62,240 nucleotides of DNA, from positions 1 through 62,240 of the IMG/VR virus record IMGVR_UViG_3300021225_000301; one strand, 5' to 3'. The stretch comes from a virus. Taxonomy: Duplodnaviria; Caudoviricetes. Below, piece by piece: positions 8,150-16,761 of the stretch; the stretch's first letter is position 1; each line of letters begins with the position of its first letter. The notes below the pieces were generated by a model, which saw only the letters and a program-made list of their open reading frames with translations, had not been told where the DNA came from and ran no database searches. A program made the position numbers and the translations under genes.

Positions 8150-8520
8150 GCTCATACGATCAAGAGTTGAAGGAAGCCCAATGCTAACACGTTTATCGCC
8201 CGAAGTGTCCAGCTTTCCTGCGTGTGAGCGAATGGCTGGGAAGCCCCACGAATACTGGGTTTGCACCATGCTCACACATCTATCGACGTACTTTTCAGGA
8301 AATGCATGCTTCTCAATGGCTCCAAAAAATAACGTGTTAAGAGAGACATCATTACTAACACGTTGAAAAAGATAGGCATACATATATAAAAGTATTTCTA
8401 AATAGATAGATATAGATGTGTGAGAGAAGCGGGCCGCTAGGATTGACGCGGGTTTGCGGGCGATTGCTAGCCCGCAGGAAAGCTGGACATTTGTCTGATG
8501 CGTTTTTTGCATAGTTCTTG
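8150..8520. other. Candidate replication origin
   Basis: Non-coding AT-rich core (~8375-8420) between perfect 17-bp inverted repeats at 8206-8222 and 8473-8489. Confidence 0.5.
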
Positions 8521-8526
8521 GAGTTG

Positions 8527-8542
8527 GGGGAGGTTTCTCCCC
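8527..8542. repeat. Palindrome copy 4, inverted
   Basis: GGGGAGGTTTCTCCCC downstream of the stop at 8552. Confidence 0.9.
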
Positions 8543-8551
8543 CGCTCTGAC

Positions 8552-8770
8552 TCACCAAAGCCCTCGCTGCACGGGGGCTTGCACCTTCTCCAGCCATTGG
8601 ATGAAGCCGTGCTCGCCGGCGAAGATGTGCTTCTCGCCACGCTCGGCGTGCTGCTCCCACACGCAGAAGATTTTGTACTGGGGCTTGGCCTTGCCGCAGG
8701 GGTAGTAGGTGTCGATGGCGAACTGCCTGCCGTTGATGGTGAGGGTGCCGGTGTTTTCGTAGGTGGACAT
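8552..8770 (-). CDS. Hypothetical protein
   Basis: 72-aa ORF with AAGGA RBS. Confidence 0.65.
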   Translation of the reverse strand: MSTYENTGTLTINGRQFAIDTYYPCGKAKPQYKIFCVWEQHAERGEKHIFAGEHGFIQWLEKVQAPVQRGLW

Positions 8771-8861
8771 GGTGGGGTTCCTTTCACTTGATGAGGATGG
8801 CGATACAGGTGGCGACGAGGAGAAGGAGGAGGCAAGCGCCTCCGGATAGGTTACGCATGAG

Positions 8862-9065
8862 TTACTCCTTGGGTTCGATCTCGTTGGCGACGGTGTTCAG
8901 GACGACGTGCAGGGCGGTGAAGGCGGCAGCCCGGTGTTTCTCAGGCAGGGTGGCGATCAAGCCGTAGGCGTAGGACAGGGCGTAACCGAAGTCCTCGCGG
9001 TCAGCGAAGAGGCCGCAGCGCATCTCCTTGGCAAGGTGGGCGAGGTTGGTGGTGGTTTCAGACAT
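8862..9065 (-). CDS. Hypothetical protein
   Basis: 67-aa ORF with AGGAG RBS. Confidence 0.65.
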   Translation of the reverse strand: MSETTTNLAHLAKEMRCGLFADREDFGYALSYAYGLIATLPEKHRAAAFTALHVVLNTVANEIEPKE

Positions 9066-9158
9066 GGGGAACTCCTAGAAAAAGCAGCGGGTGCTGCGGA
9101 TTGACAAGAAAGGGAACAGCGGCCCGGCCTCTTTGCCGTGGCCGCTCGGAAAAACTCG

Positions 9159-9174
9159 GGGGAGAAACCTCCCC
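9159..9174. repeat. Palindrome copy 5
   Basis: GGGGAGAAACCTCCCC downstream of the stop at 9179. Confidence 0.9.
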
Positions 9175-9178
9175 GGGA

Positions 9179-9568
9179 TCACAGAGCGGAGAGGAAGCGC
9201 TTCTTCTGCGCGGGGGTCATCGAGGCAACCAGCGCGAGGGCTTTGGCCACCGGGTCAGCCTTGGCCGAACCGCCGGACTTCTCGGGGCGCACGACGTGAT
9301 AGGTGAACTTGGCCCGAGCCGCGTCGTAGACCTTCTGATCGTCCGCCGTCCGCTCATCGCGTGACCGGCCCATGATGATCTCGGGGTTCTTGCACCCATA
9401 GCCCTTCAAGAAGTTCAGGATGAACTCCTCTCGGCGCGCCTTGCGGGTCACCTCGTCTGCCGTGAGGTACTCGGTGTGCCACACCTCGGACACCTCCAGA
9501 GTGATCCGGGTATGTGCACCGAGGTCGTGAGCGAAGTTTGCGAAGGACAGTTTGATTGCTTTAGCCAT
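9179..9568 (-). CDS. First gene of the early operon, hypothetical
   Basis: AGGAGAAATCATCATG start. Confidence 0.7.
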   Translation of the reverse strand: MAKAIKLSFANFAHDLGAHTRITLEVSEVWHTEYLTADEVTRKARREEFILNFLKGYGCKNPEIIMGRSRDERTADDQKVYDAARAKFTYHVVRPEKSGGSAKADPVAKALALVASMTPAQKKRFLSAL

Positions 9569-9803
9569 GATGATTTCTCCTATGTAGGTGGTATCTGCCG
9601 GGGCCAATCCCCAACCGATGCCTCTATTGTGCTGCAGGGTCGATTTGATAAGCCCTGAGGGTAGTGTTTATGCCCTGAAATCGGCCCTTTCCGACCCGTA
9701 CCCCCTCCCCACCACCCCAAATCCGATGGCCCGGCTGCATCGCACGTAAACACTGTTCCTCACCCGCACTACACATTTCTGTAATACTTAATACACAATC
9801 CAA

Positions 9804-9866
9804 GCCAAATAGGCACCACCCCGTATTCCGGATACACACCAGCTCACGCCAAATAGGCACCACCCC
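9804..9866 (+). repeat. 19-bp direct repeat GCCAAATAGGCACCACCCC x2
   Basis: Copies at 9804-9822 and 9848-9866. Confidence 0.85.
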
Positions 9867-9921
9867 CCTTCCCCAAACTTGACCCCACCCCAAAATTTTT
9901 TAAAAAATTCCAAAGAACCTT

Positions 9922-9937
9922 TGTCAAACGGTAGACA
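9922..9937. promoter_or_regulatory. Putative operator TGTCAA-N4-TAGACA
   Basis: Imperfect palindrome; similar site at 54370-54385. Confidence 0.5.
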
Positions 9938-9947
9938 TGGCCAGACG

Positions 9948-9975
9948 AAAAAAAGCCCCGGGGGTTAGCCGGGGC
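9948..9975 (-). terminator. Intrinsic terminator of the candidate sRNA
   Basis: GCCCCGG-7 nt-CCGGGGC followed by T7 on the minus strand. Confidence 0.8.
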
Positions 9976-10042
9976 CTTGAACAGGAGAGGGTGAAATGAC
10001 GGCCCTTCCCGAGGAGAAGCAGATGACTTGCGACAACTGCTG
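9948..10042 (-). ncRNA. Candidate trans-acting anti-SD small RNA, ~95 nt
   Basis: Bounded by promoter TTGCTT-17-TACACT and a terminator; contains GUCAUCUGCUUCUCCUC and GUCAUUUCACCCUCUCCU, complementary to early-gene initiation regions. Confidence 0.65.
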
Positions 10043-10076
10043 CATTAAGTGTATAGTGCGACGCATCGGTAAGCAA
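10028..10076. promoter_or_regulatory. Overlapping divergent sigma70-like promoters (late operon and sRNA)
   Basis: Plus: TTGCGA(10028)-18-TATAGT(10052). Minus: TTGCTT(10076)-17-TACACT(10053). Confidence 0.6.
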
Positions 10077-10098
10077 GGCGTAACGCCAAAATCCGCAC

Positions 10099-10743
10099 AT
10101 GCTTGAACACCTGATCAGTGACGATCTGGACCCTGTAATCTCAGGTGTCCCCCCAACAGGCTTCACGCCTTTGGAGAAAGCGTCGCCGGAAAACCTGATC
10201 GACGCTCAAGCAGAGACCGCACAATGGTTAGAGGGCCTTGGCCTCACCGACGACAAAGTCAAAGACCAAGCCGCCACCACAACCGCCCGGGCAGCCTTCG
10301 CGGCTATCACCATGGGCACAACGCCAGCCAATATCCAAAACGCCCTGACCTCCATGAAGACGCCCGCTGCTGTGCAGCGTCTGGTGGGTATGCTCACGGC
10401 CTACGACTGGGAATTTGTACAGCAGGCTAAGGAGCTGCGTGGCTACACGGTCGCCAAGCTGCTAGAAGAAACTGAAAACCCCAACGCCAACATCCGCCTG
10501 AAAGCCTTGGGCCTGCTGGGCAAGGTCACTGAGGTGGGTCTGTTCACGGAGAAGATCGAGGTCAAGCAAGCGCCTGCCTCCGATGCTGAGCTGGACGCCC
10601 GGATCAAGGAAAAGTTGGGCAAGTTCATGGGCGTGGTGGACGTGATCGACGTGTACAAAGAAGCCGAAAAAGTAGACACGTTGGAAGTGATCCGTCCAGA
10701 AACCGGCGAAAACCAAACAGATGACAAGCCTGACCAAGCTTGA
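10099..10743 (+). CDS. terS: Probable terminase small subunit
   Basis: Position upstream of and overlapping TerL; helical IRLKALGLLGKVTEVGLFTEK motif. Confidence 0.65.
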   Translation: MLEHLISDDLDPVISGVPPTGFTPLEKASPENLIDAQAETAQWLEGLGLTDDKVKDQAATTTARAAFAAITMGTTPANIQNALTSMKTPAAVQRLVGMLTAYDWEFVQQAKELRGYTVAKLLEETENPNANIRLKALGLLGKVTEVGLFTEKIEVKQAPASDAELDARIKEKLGKFMGVVDVIDVYKEAEKVDTLEVIRPETGENQTDDKPDQA

Positions 10744-12256
10744 GCTGGAAGCCTTGCAAAAGGCCCTGCCGCATATGAATGCGCAGGAGAAGGCCGAGCT
10801 GTTGGCGGATCTGGAAGAGCGCGAGAAGCGCACCCGCTTGGCCGCCGCCAACGACAACATGCTGGGGTTTGCCAAGGCCGTGTACCCCGGGTTCAAAATC
10901 GGGCCGCACCATAAGAAGCTGGCGCGCATCTTCACGGACGTGATCGAGGGGCGCAAAAAGCGCGTCATCATCAACATCGCCCCGCGTATGGGCAAATCCG
11001 AGTTCAGCTCCTACCTGTTCCCCGCCTATTTCCTTGGCAAGTACCCCCAGAAGAAAATCATCATGGGCACGCACACTGCGAGCCTGTCTGAGGACTTTGG
11101 CCGGCGCATCAAAAACCTGATCGACACGGAGGAGTACCGTGAGATTTTTCCAGCAACTGTTCTTGCCGACGACCAGAAGGCGGCTGGTAAATGGTCCACT
11201 TCTGTTGGAGGCCAGTACTATGCGGCGGGTGTCGGCGGCGCTCTTGCTGGTCGTGGCGCTGACCTATTTGTTATTGACGATCCTCACTCTGAGCAGGATA
11301 TAAAGGCCAACTCCGGGCTGGCGTTCGATACGGCGTGGTCTTGGTTCCAAACTGGTCCGCTGCAGCGTCTGATGCCGGGTGGGGCGATCATTATCATCAT
11401 GACGCGCTGGGGTCTGCGCGACCTCACGGGCCGGCTGATCGACTATCAGATCAAAAATCCGGACGCCATCCCATGGGAGATCGTGGAGTTGCCGGCGATT
11501 CTTGAGTCTGAGGACGCAAACGGCAACGTCATCGAAAAAAGCCTGTGGCCCGAGCAGTGGCCAATCGAATCTTTGCAGGCAACCCGCGCATCCATCGACC
11601 CCCGGTACTGGAACGCCCAGTACATGCAGCAGCCGACCTCGGAAAGTTCGGCATTAATTAGTAGAAAATCTTGGCGCATCTGGGAAAGAGACGATCCGCC
11701 CCCGTGCGAGTACGTGATCCAGTCATGGGATACGGCGTTTGAAGCCAAAACCAGCGCTGACTACTCAGCCTGCACAACATGGGGCGTGTTCTACAACGAG
11801 GAAGAGGGCAACAGCCCGCAGATCATCCTGCTGGACGCGTTCAAAGACCGCATGGCCTTCCCAGAACTCAAGGCGATAGCCCTTAAGCACTACAAAGAGT
11901 GGCAGCCTGATGCGTTCATCGTGGAAAAGAAGGCCGCTGGCGCGCCGCTGATCCAAGAGCTGCGCAATATGGGCATCCCAGTCTCTGAGTTCAGCCCGAG
12001 CCGGGGCAACGACAAGACGGTGCGCGTGAACGCAGTTGCGGATTTGTTCACGTCGGGTAAAGTCTGGGCACCTGACACGCGCTGGGCGCGTGAAGTGATT
12101 GAGGAAGTGGCGGCTTTCCCCGTTGGCGATCACGACGACTTTGTGGATACGACCACGCAGGCCCTCTTACGCTACCGGCAGGGCGGGTTCATCAGCTTGG
12201 ACAGCGATGAGCCAGAGGACAGATTTTTTCAGCGTCGCAAAGCGGCGTACTACTGA
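10721..12256 (+). CDS. terL: Terminase large subunit
   Basis: Walker A APRMGKS, Walker B LFVIDDP, nuclease motifs QSWDTA and HDDFVD. Confidence 0.95.
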   Translation: MTSLTKLELEALQKALPHMNAQEKAELLADLEEREKRTRLAAANDNMLGFAKAVYPGFKIGPHHKKLARIFTDVIEGRKKRVIINIAPRMGKSEFSSYLFPAYFLGKYPQKKIIMGTHTASLSEDFGRRIKNLIDTEEYREIFPATVLADDQKAAGKWSTSVGGQYYAAGVGGALAGRGADLFVIDDPHSEQDIKANSGLAFDTAWSWFQTGPLQRLMPGGAIIIIMTRWGLRDLTGRLIDYQIKNPDAIPWEIVELPAILESEDANGNVIEKSLWPEQWPIESLQATRASIDPRYWNAQYMQQPTSESSALISRKSWRIWERDDPPPCEYVIQSWDTAFEAKTSADYSACTTWGVFYNEEEGNSPQIILLDAFKDRMAFPELKAIALKHYKEWQPDAFIVEKKAAGAPLIQELRNMGIPVSEFSPSRGNDKTVRVNAVADLFTSGKVWAPDTRWAREVIEEVAAFPVGDHDDFVDTTTQALLRYRQGGFISLDSDEPEDRFFQRRKAAYY

Positions 12257-12271
12257 GTTTAAGGATTGCCC

Positions 12272-14728
12272 ATGGCTACCAACATCGACAAGGCTTTGTA
12301 TCCGGCACCGCAGGGCATCGACGCTCTGGCAGAAGGCGAAGCGCCTATTGAGATCGAGATCATTAATCCGGATGAGGTCAACATCGGTGTAGACGGTCTG
12401 GAGATCAGCCTGACGAAAGAAGAGCCGGGCGAGGACGATTTTGACGCCAACCTAGTGGATGTGCTCAGTAGCGGTGAAGTTCAAGAGATCGTCTCTCAGC
12501 TCTCCGCTGACATCGACAATGACAAGAGCAGCCGCAAGGAGTGGGAGAAGACCTACACCGAGGGTCTCAAACTCTTGGGCTTGCAGATGGAGGACCGCAC
12601 GGAGCCTTGGGATGGCGCGTGTGGTGTGTTCCACCCGATGATCACCGAAGCGGTTGTGCGCTTCCAAGCTGAGACCATCACGGAAACCTTCCCGGCGCAG
12701 GGTCCAGTGCGCACCAAGATCATCGGCAAGGAAACTGTCGAGGTCAAGGAAGCTGCCATTCGCGTGCAAGACGACATGAACTTCGAGCTGACCGAGGTCA
12801 TGAAGGAGTTCCGCCCCGAGCATGAGCGCATGCTGTGGAGCTTGCCGGCTACCGGCTCTGCGTTCAAGAAGGTCTACTACGACCCGGGTCTGGGTCGTCA
12901 GGTGTCGATGTTTGTGCCCGCCGAGGACGTGCTCCTTCCCTATGGTACGACGGACCTCGACACTTGCCATCGCGTCACGCACCTGATGCGCAAGACCAAG
13001 GACGACATCGTGCGTCTGCAAGAAGCTGGCTTCTACGCCGACGTGGAGCTGGGCGAACCCAGCAAGAACAAAGATGACATCCAGCAAGCCAAGGACAAAG
13101 AGACCGGCTTCTCGGACATCAACGACGACCGCTACCAGTTGGCTGAGAGCCATGTGAGTTTGGTGATCAAGGGCGACCGCTACCGCCCGGACGACTCAGA
13201 GATTGCGCTGCCGTACGTGGTGACCTTCATTAAGGGAACCAACACGGTTATGGCGATCCGCCGCAACTGGAAGGAAGACGACGACTACCACCAGAAGCGC
13301 CAGCACTTCGTCCACTACCAATACATCCCCGGCTTCGGTGCATATGGCTTCGGCCTCTTCCACCTGATCGGTGGCTTTGCCAAGTCGGCGACCTCCATCA
13401 TGCGCCAGCTTGTGGACGCGGGCACGCTGTCGAACCTCCCCGGCGGTCTGAAAAGCAGGGGCTTGAGAATTAAGGGCGACGACACTCCGATTGCTCCCGG
13501 CGAGTTCCGTGACGTGGACTTGGGCAGCGGCAACATTCGCGACAACATCCTGCCGCTGCCGTACAAAGAGCCGTCCAACGTCCTGTACCAACTCCTTGGG
13601 ACAATCGTGGATGAGGGCCGCAGGTTCGCAGCGACTGCGGATATGAAGGTCTCCGACATGTCCGCGCAGGCTCCCGTGGGTACCACGCTGGCCCTGCTGG
13701 AGCGCCAGCTCAAAGTCCTGACCGCCGTGCAAGCCCGGGTGCACTACTCGCTCAAACAAGAGCTGGGCCTGCTCAAAGTCATCATTCGTGACTACACGGA
13801 CGTGGACTACGAGTACACCCCGGAGTACGGCACCAAGCGCGCCAAGCAGGCGGACTACGACTTGGTGGATGTGATCCCGGTCTCGGACCCCAACGCCTCG
13901 ACGATGAGCCAGCGGGTTGTCCAGTACCAAGCCGTGATTCAGATGGCGCAGATGGCTCCGGACATCTACGACATGCCGCAGTTGCATCGTTCGATGCTGG
14001 AGGTGTTGGGTATTAAGAACGCCGAGAAACTCGTGCCGCTGCCCGACGACATGAAGCCTACCGACCCCGTGTCGGAGAACATGGCGGTGCTGCGCAGCAA
14101 GCCGGTCAAAGCGTTCATGTACCAAGACCATCAGGCGCACATCCAAGTGCACATGTCGGCCATGCAGGACCCGATGCTCATGCAGCTCATCGGTCAGAAC
14201 CCGAAGGCTCAGTTGATGATGGCTGCCATGCAGGCGCACATCGCTGAACATACGGCGTTCCTGTATCGCCAGAAAGTCGAGCAGCAACTGGGCTTTGCCC
14301 TGCCGCCTGAAGAAGACAAGCTGCCCCCGCAGATCGAGACCGCCATGTCGTCGATGATGGCTAAGGCGGCTCAGCAGGTGCTGGCGCAAAACCAAGCGCA
14401 GGCAGCCCAGCAACAGGCGCAGCAGATGGCCCAAGACCCGGTGCTGCAGATGCAGCAGCAAGAGCTGCAGATTCGCGCACAAGAAGTGGCGATCAAGGAC
14501 AAGAAGGTTCAGGTTGAGGCCGCTGCTAAGGCTGACGAACTTGAGCTGAAGAAGGGCGAGTTGGCAGCACGCATGGAGCTGGAGGGCATGAAGCTCTCCG
14601 CCAAAGCGCAGCAGGACGCTACCAAGCTGGCCGCAGACCAAGAACGAGACGGTGTTCGTTTGGGCATCGACATCGCAAAGAGTCGGCAACAGGCCGCGTC
14701 ACAAAGAAGGAGCCAACGTAACCAATGA
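12272..14728 (+). CDS. Portal protein with long Gln-rich coiled-coil C-terminus
   Basis: Follows TerL; GSAFKKVYYD and YGFGL motifs; P22-like barrel tail. Confidence 0.88.
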   Translation: MATNIDKALYPAPQGIDALAEGEAPIEIEIINPDEVNIGVDGLEISLTKEEPGEDDFDANLVDVLSSGEVQEIVSQLSADIDNDKSSRKEWEKTYTEGLKLLGLQMEDRTEPWDGACGVFHPMITEAVVRFQAETITETFPAQGPVRTKIIGKETVEVKEAAIRVQDDMNFELTEVMKEFRPEHERMLWSLPATGSAFKKVYYDPGLGRQVSMFVPAEDVLLPYGTTDLDTCHRVTHLMRKTKDDIVRLQEAGFYADVELGEPSKNKDDIQQAKDKETGFSDINDDRYQLAESHVSLVIKGDRYRPDDSEIALPYVVTFIKGTNTVMAIRRNWKEDDDYHQKRQHFVHYQYIPGFGAYGFGLFHLIGGFAKSATSIMRQLVDAGTLSNLPGGLKSRGLRIKGDDTPIAPGEFRDVDLGSGNIRDNILPLPYKEPSNVLYQLLGTIVDEGRRFAATADMKVSDMSAQAPVGTTLALLERQLKVLTAVQARVHYSLKQELGLLKVIIRDYTDVDYEYTPEYGTKRAKQADYDLVDVIPVSDPNASTMSQRVVQYQAVIQMAQMAPDIYDMPQLHRSMLEVLGIKNAEKLVPLPDDMKPTDPVSENMAVLRSKPVKAFMYQDHQAHIQVHMSAMQDPMLMQLIGQNPKAQLMMAAMQAHIAEHTAFLYRQKVEQQLGFALPPEEDKLPPQIETAMSSMMAKAAQQVLAQNQAQAAQQQAQQMAQDPVLQMQQQELQIRAQEVAIKDKKVQVEAAAKADELELKKGELAARMELEGMKLSAKAQQDATKLAADQERDGVRLGIDIAKSRQQAASQRRSQRNQ

Positions 14729-14919
14729 TCGATGAATTCGCACGCGTATTGCGCGAACAAATACGTAACGACATGAACAACTACGCCGATGATTTGGCGG
14801 GAGGTTCGTGCCGCTCTTTTGATGAATACCAAAAACTCTGCGGCGTCATTCAAGGTCTAGCCGTTGCGGAGCGTTATCTCCTTGACCTTGCAAAGAAAGT
14901 GACAGAACAAGATGAGTGA
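14725..14919 (+). CDS. Small conserved head-region protein
   Basis: EYQKLCGVIQGL; coupled to portal and GroES-like genes. Confidence 0.75.
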   Translation: MIDEFARVLREQIRNDMNNYADDLAGGSCRSFDEYQKLCGVIQGLAVAERYLLDLAKKVTEQDE

Positions 14920-15346
14920 AATCATCCTGCCTCCGGGCATCACCCTGCCCCCTCACGTCCAACCGTTGGAAGAGCCTGAAAAGGATTCCGACAACGAAAC
15001 CAAAGCCGGAGCACTACCTACCCCCACGGGTTGGAAACTGCTTTGCATCGTCCCTGATGTCGATAGCAAGATTGCAGGTACGTCGCTGGATTTGGTGCGT
15101 GACCCCACCACCCTGCGCCAAGAAGAACACGCCACAACCGTGCTCTTTGTTATGCGCATGGGACCCGACGCGTACAAAGACTCCGCCAAGTTTCCTAACG
15201 GGGCATGGTGCAAGGAGGGCGACTTTGTGCTCGTGCGTACGTATTCCGGTACGCGTTTCAAAATCTTCGGAAAAGAGTTTCGCTTGATCAACGACGATCA
15301 GGTCGAGGCTGTTGTGCAAGACCCTCGCGGTGTAACCCGCGCATGA
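14912..15346 (+). CDS. GroES/Cpn10-like co-chaperonin
   Basis: PTGWKLL, MGPDAY, WCKEGDFVLVRTYSGT, FRLINDDQVEAVV. Confidence 0.85.
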   Translation: MSEIILPPGITLPPHVQPLEEPEKDSDNETKAGALPTPTGWKLLCIVPDVDSKIAGTSLDLVRDPTTLRQEEHATTVLFVMRMGPDAYKDSAKFPNGAWCKEGDFVLVRTYSGTRFKIFGKEFRLINDDQVEAVVQDPRGVTRA

Positions 15347-15356
15347 AGGAGTAAAG

Positions 15357-16316
15357 ATGGCTAGTGAGAAGGACGAGTTCAAGTTTCCCGACGAAGTCGA
15401 GAGCAAGAACGCTGACACTGTAAACATCGAATCCGAAACGGATGTCGAGATTGAGATCGTCGATGACACCCCACCGCAGGACCGTGGCCGCAAGCCGCTG
15501 GAGCGTGAGGTAGCCGATCCGACGGAAGAAGAGATCGAGACTTACTCCGAGAAGGTACAAAGCCGCATCAAGGAACTGACGCACGCCCGCCACGATGAGC
15601 GCCGCAAGGCCGAAGCGCTGGCCCGGGAACGTCAGGAACTGGAGCGTCTTGCACAGCAGCTCATTAACGAGAACAAAAACCTCAAGCAGCGCTACAACGC
15701 GGGGCAAGAGGTGTTTGCTACGACCGCCAAGGAGAAAGCTGAGTCTGACCTTGATATCGCCCGCCGCGAACTCAAGCAGGCCCACGAAGCTTTTGACACC
15801 GACGCTATTGTTGCGGCGCAAGAAAAACTTGCCGAAGCCAAGATGCGTGCGGAGGCGATGAAAAACTTTAAGCCGACCCCTTTACAGGAGTCGGAATATG
15901 AGCTAAAAACTCCCCAGAAACCGCAAGAAGCTGTCAAACCCGACGAAAAATCCCTGCGCTGGCAGGCTAGAAACCAGTGGTTCGGGCAAGAGGGTTTCGA
16001 GGAATACACCAGCTACGCACTAGGGCTGCACCAAAAACTAGTCTCCGGGGGTACCGATCCCCGCTCTGATGATTACTACGACCAGATTGACGGTCGCATG
16101 AAGTCGAAGTTTCCGGAGTTGTTCGGGAATGAAGACAAGCCAAGGTCCGGTGAGGTTCAAAAGAAACCTACGACGGTTGTCGCTCCGGCTGCACGCAGTG
16201 CATCGGCTGGAAAAATCCGTTTGACAGCAACCCAAGTGGCGCTGGCTAAGAAATTTAACCTAACGCCGCAGCAGTATGCTGCCCAAGTAGCTAAACTGGA
16301 GAACCAAAATGGCTGA
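15357..16316 (+). CDS. Probable capsid scaffolding protein
   Basis: Acidic N-terminus, coiled coil, W..RN.WF, C-terminal LTATQVALAKKFNLTPQQYA. Confidence 0.75.
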   Translation: MASEKDEFKFPDEVESKNADTVNIESETDVEIEIVDDTPPQDRGRKPLEREVADPTEEEIETYSEKVQSRIKELTHARHDERRKAEALARERQELERLAQQLINENKNLKQRYNAGQEVFATTAKEKAESDLDIARRELKQAHEAFDTDAIVAAQEKLAEAKMRAEAMKNFKPTPLQESEYELKTPQKPQEAVKPDEKSLRWQARNQWFGQEGFEEYTSYALGLHQKLVSGGTDPRSDDYYDQIDGRMKSKFPELFGNEDKPRSGEVQKKPTTVVAPAARSASAGKIRLTATQVALAKKFNLTPQQYAAQVAKLENQNG

Positions 16317-16761
16317 AACCCGTACCCCTCGTGATCTTGCATCGCGCGAAAAATCTTCTCGATCAGTGTATGTTCCCCCGAGCGCACTGCCCGATCCGAC
16401 CCCCGAGCCGGGTTATGTCTACCACTGGGTTGCTACGCACATCCTTGGTCAGTCTGATCCGACGAACGTGTCCAAAAAGATGCGTGACAACTGGGTGCCG
16501 GTGAAGGCGGAAGACCATCCGGAACTGATGATGATGGGTAATCCCACAACGGGCAACGTGGAAATCGGCGGTCTGATGCTCTGCAAGCAGACTGTTGAGC
16601 AGTACCGTGCTCGTCAGGAGTATTACGCCAAACAGGCTCAGAACCAGATGGAGTCGGTGGACAACCACTTCATGCGAAACAATGACCCGCGCATGCCTCT
16701 GTTTGCAGACCGCAAGTCTTCGACCAGTCGCGGAACCGGGTTTGGTTCTGGTTCAAAGTAA
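16309..16761 (+). CDS. Conserved head-region hypothetical protein
   Basis: 150-aa ORF; GYVYHWV, W.PV, IGGLMLCK. Confidence 0.75.
   Translation: MAETRTPRDLASREKSSRSVYVPPSALPDPTPEPGYVYHWVATHILGQSDPTNVSKKMRDNWVPVKAEDHPELMMMGNPTTGNVEIGGLMLCKQTVEQYRARQEYYAKQAQNQMESVDNHFMRNNDPRMPLFADRKSSTSRGTGFGSGSK

Noticed and set aside
5530-9174. CRISPR array or integron attC interpretation of the repeated palindromes
   Set aside because: Spacing is gene-sized and irregular, orientation is mixed, and no cas operon, integron integrase or GTTRRRY cores were seen.
9996-10106. Plus-strand 36-codon Cys-rich ORF with two strong RBS-ATG motifs
   Set aside because: It starts upstream of the predicted late start site and runs through the promoter; the opposite-strand promoter and terminator explain the motifs better. 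Kept only as the alternative hypothesis.
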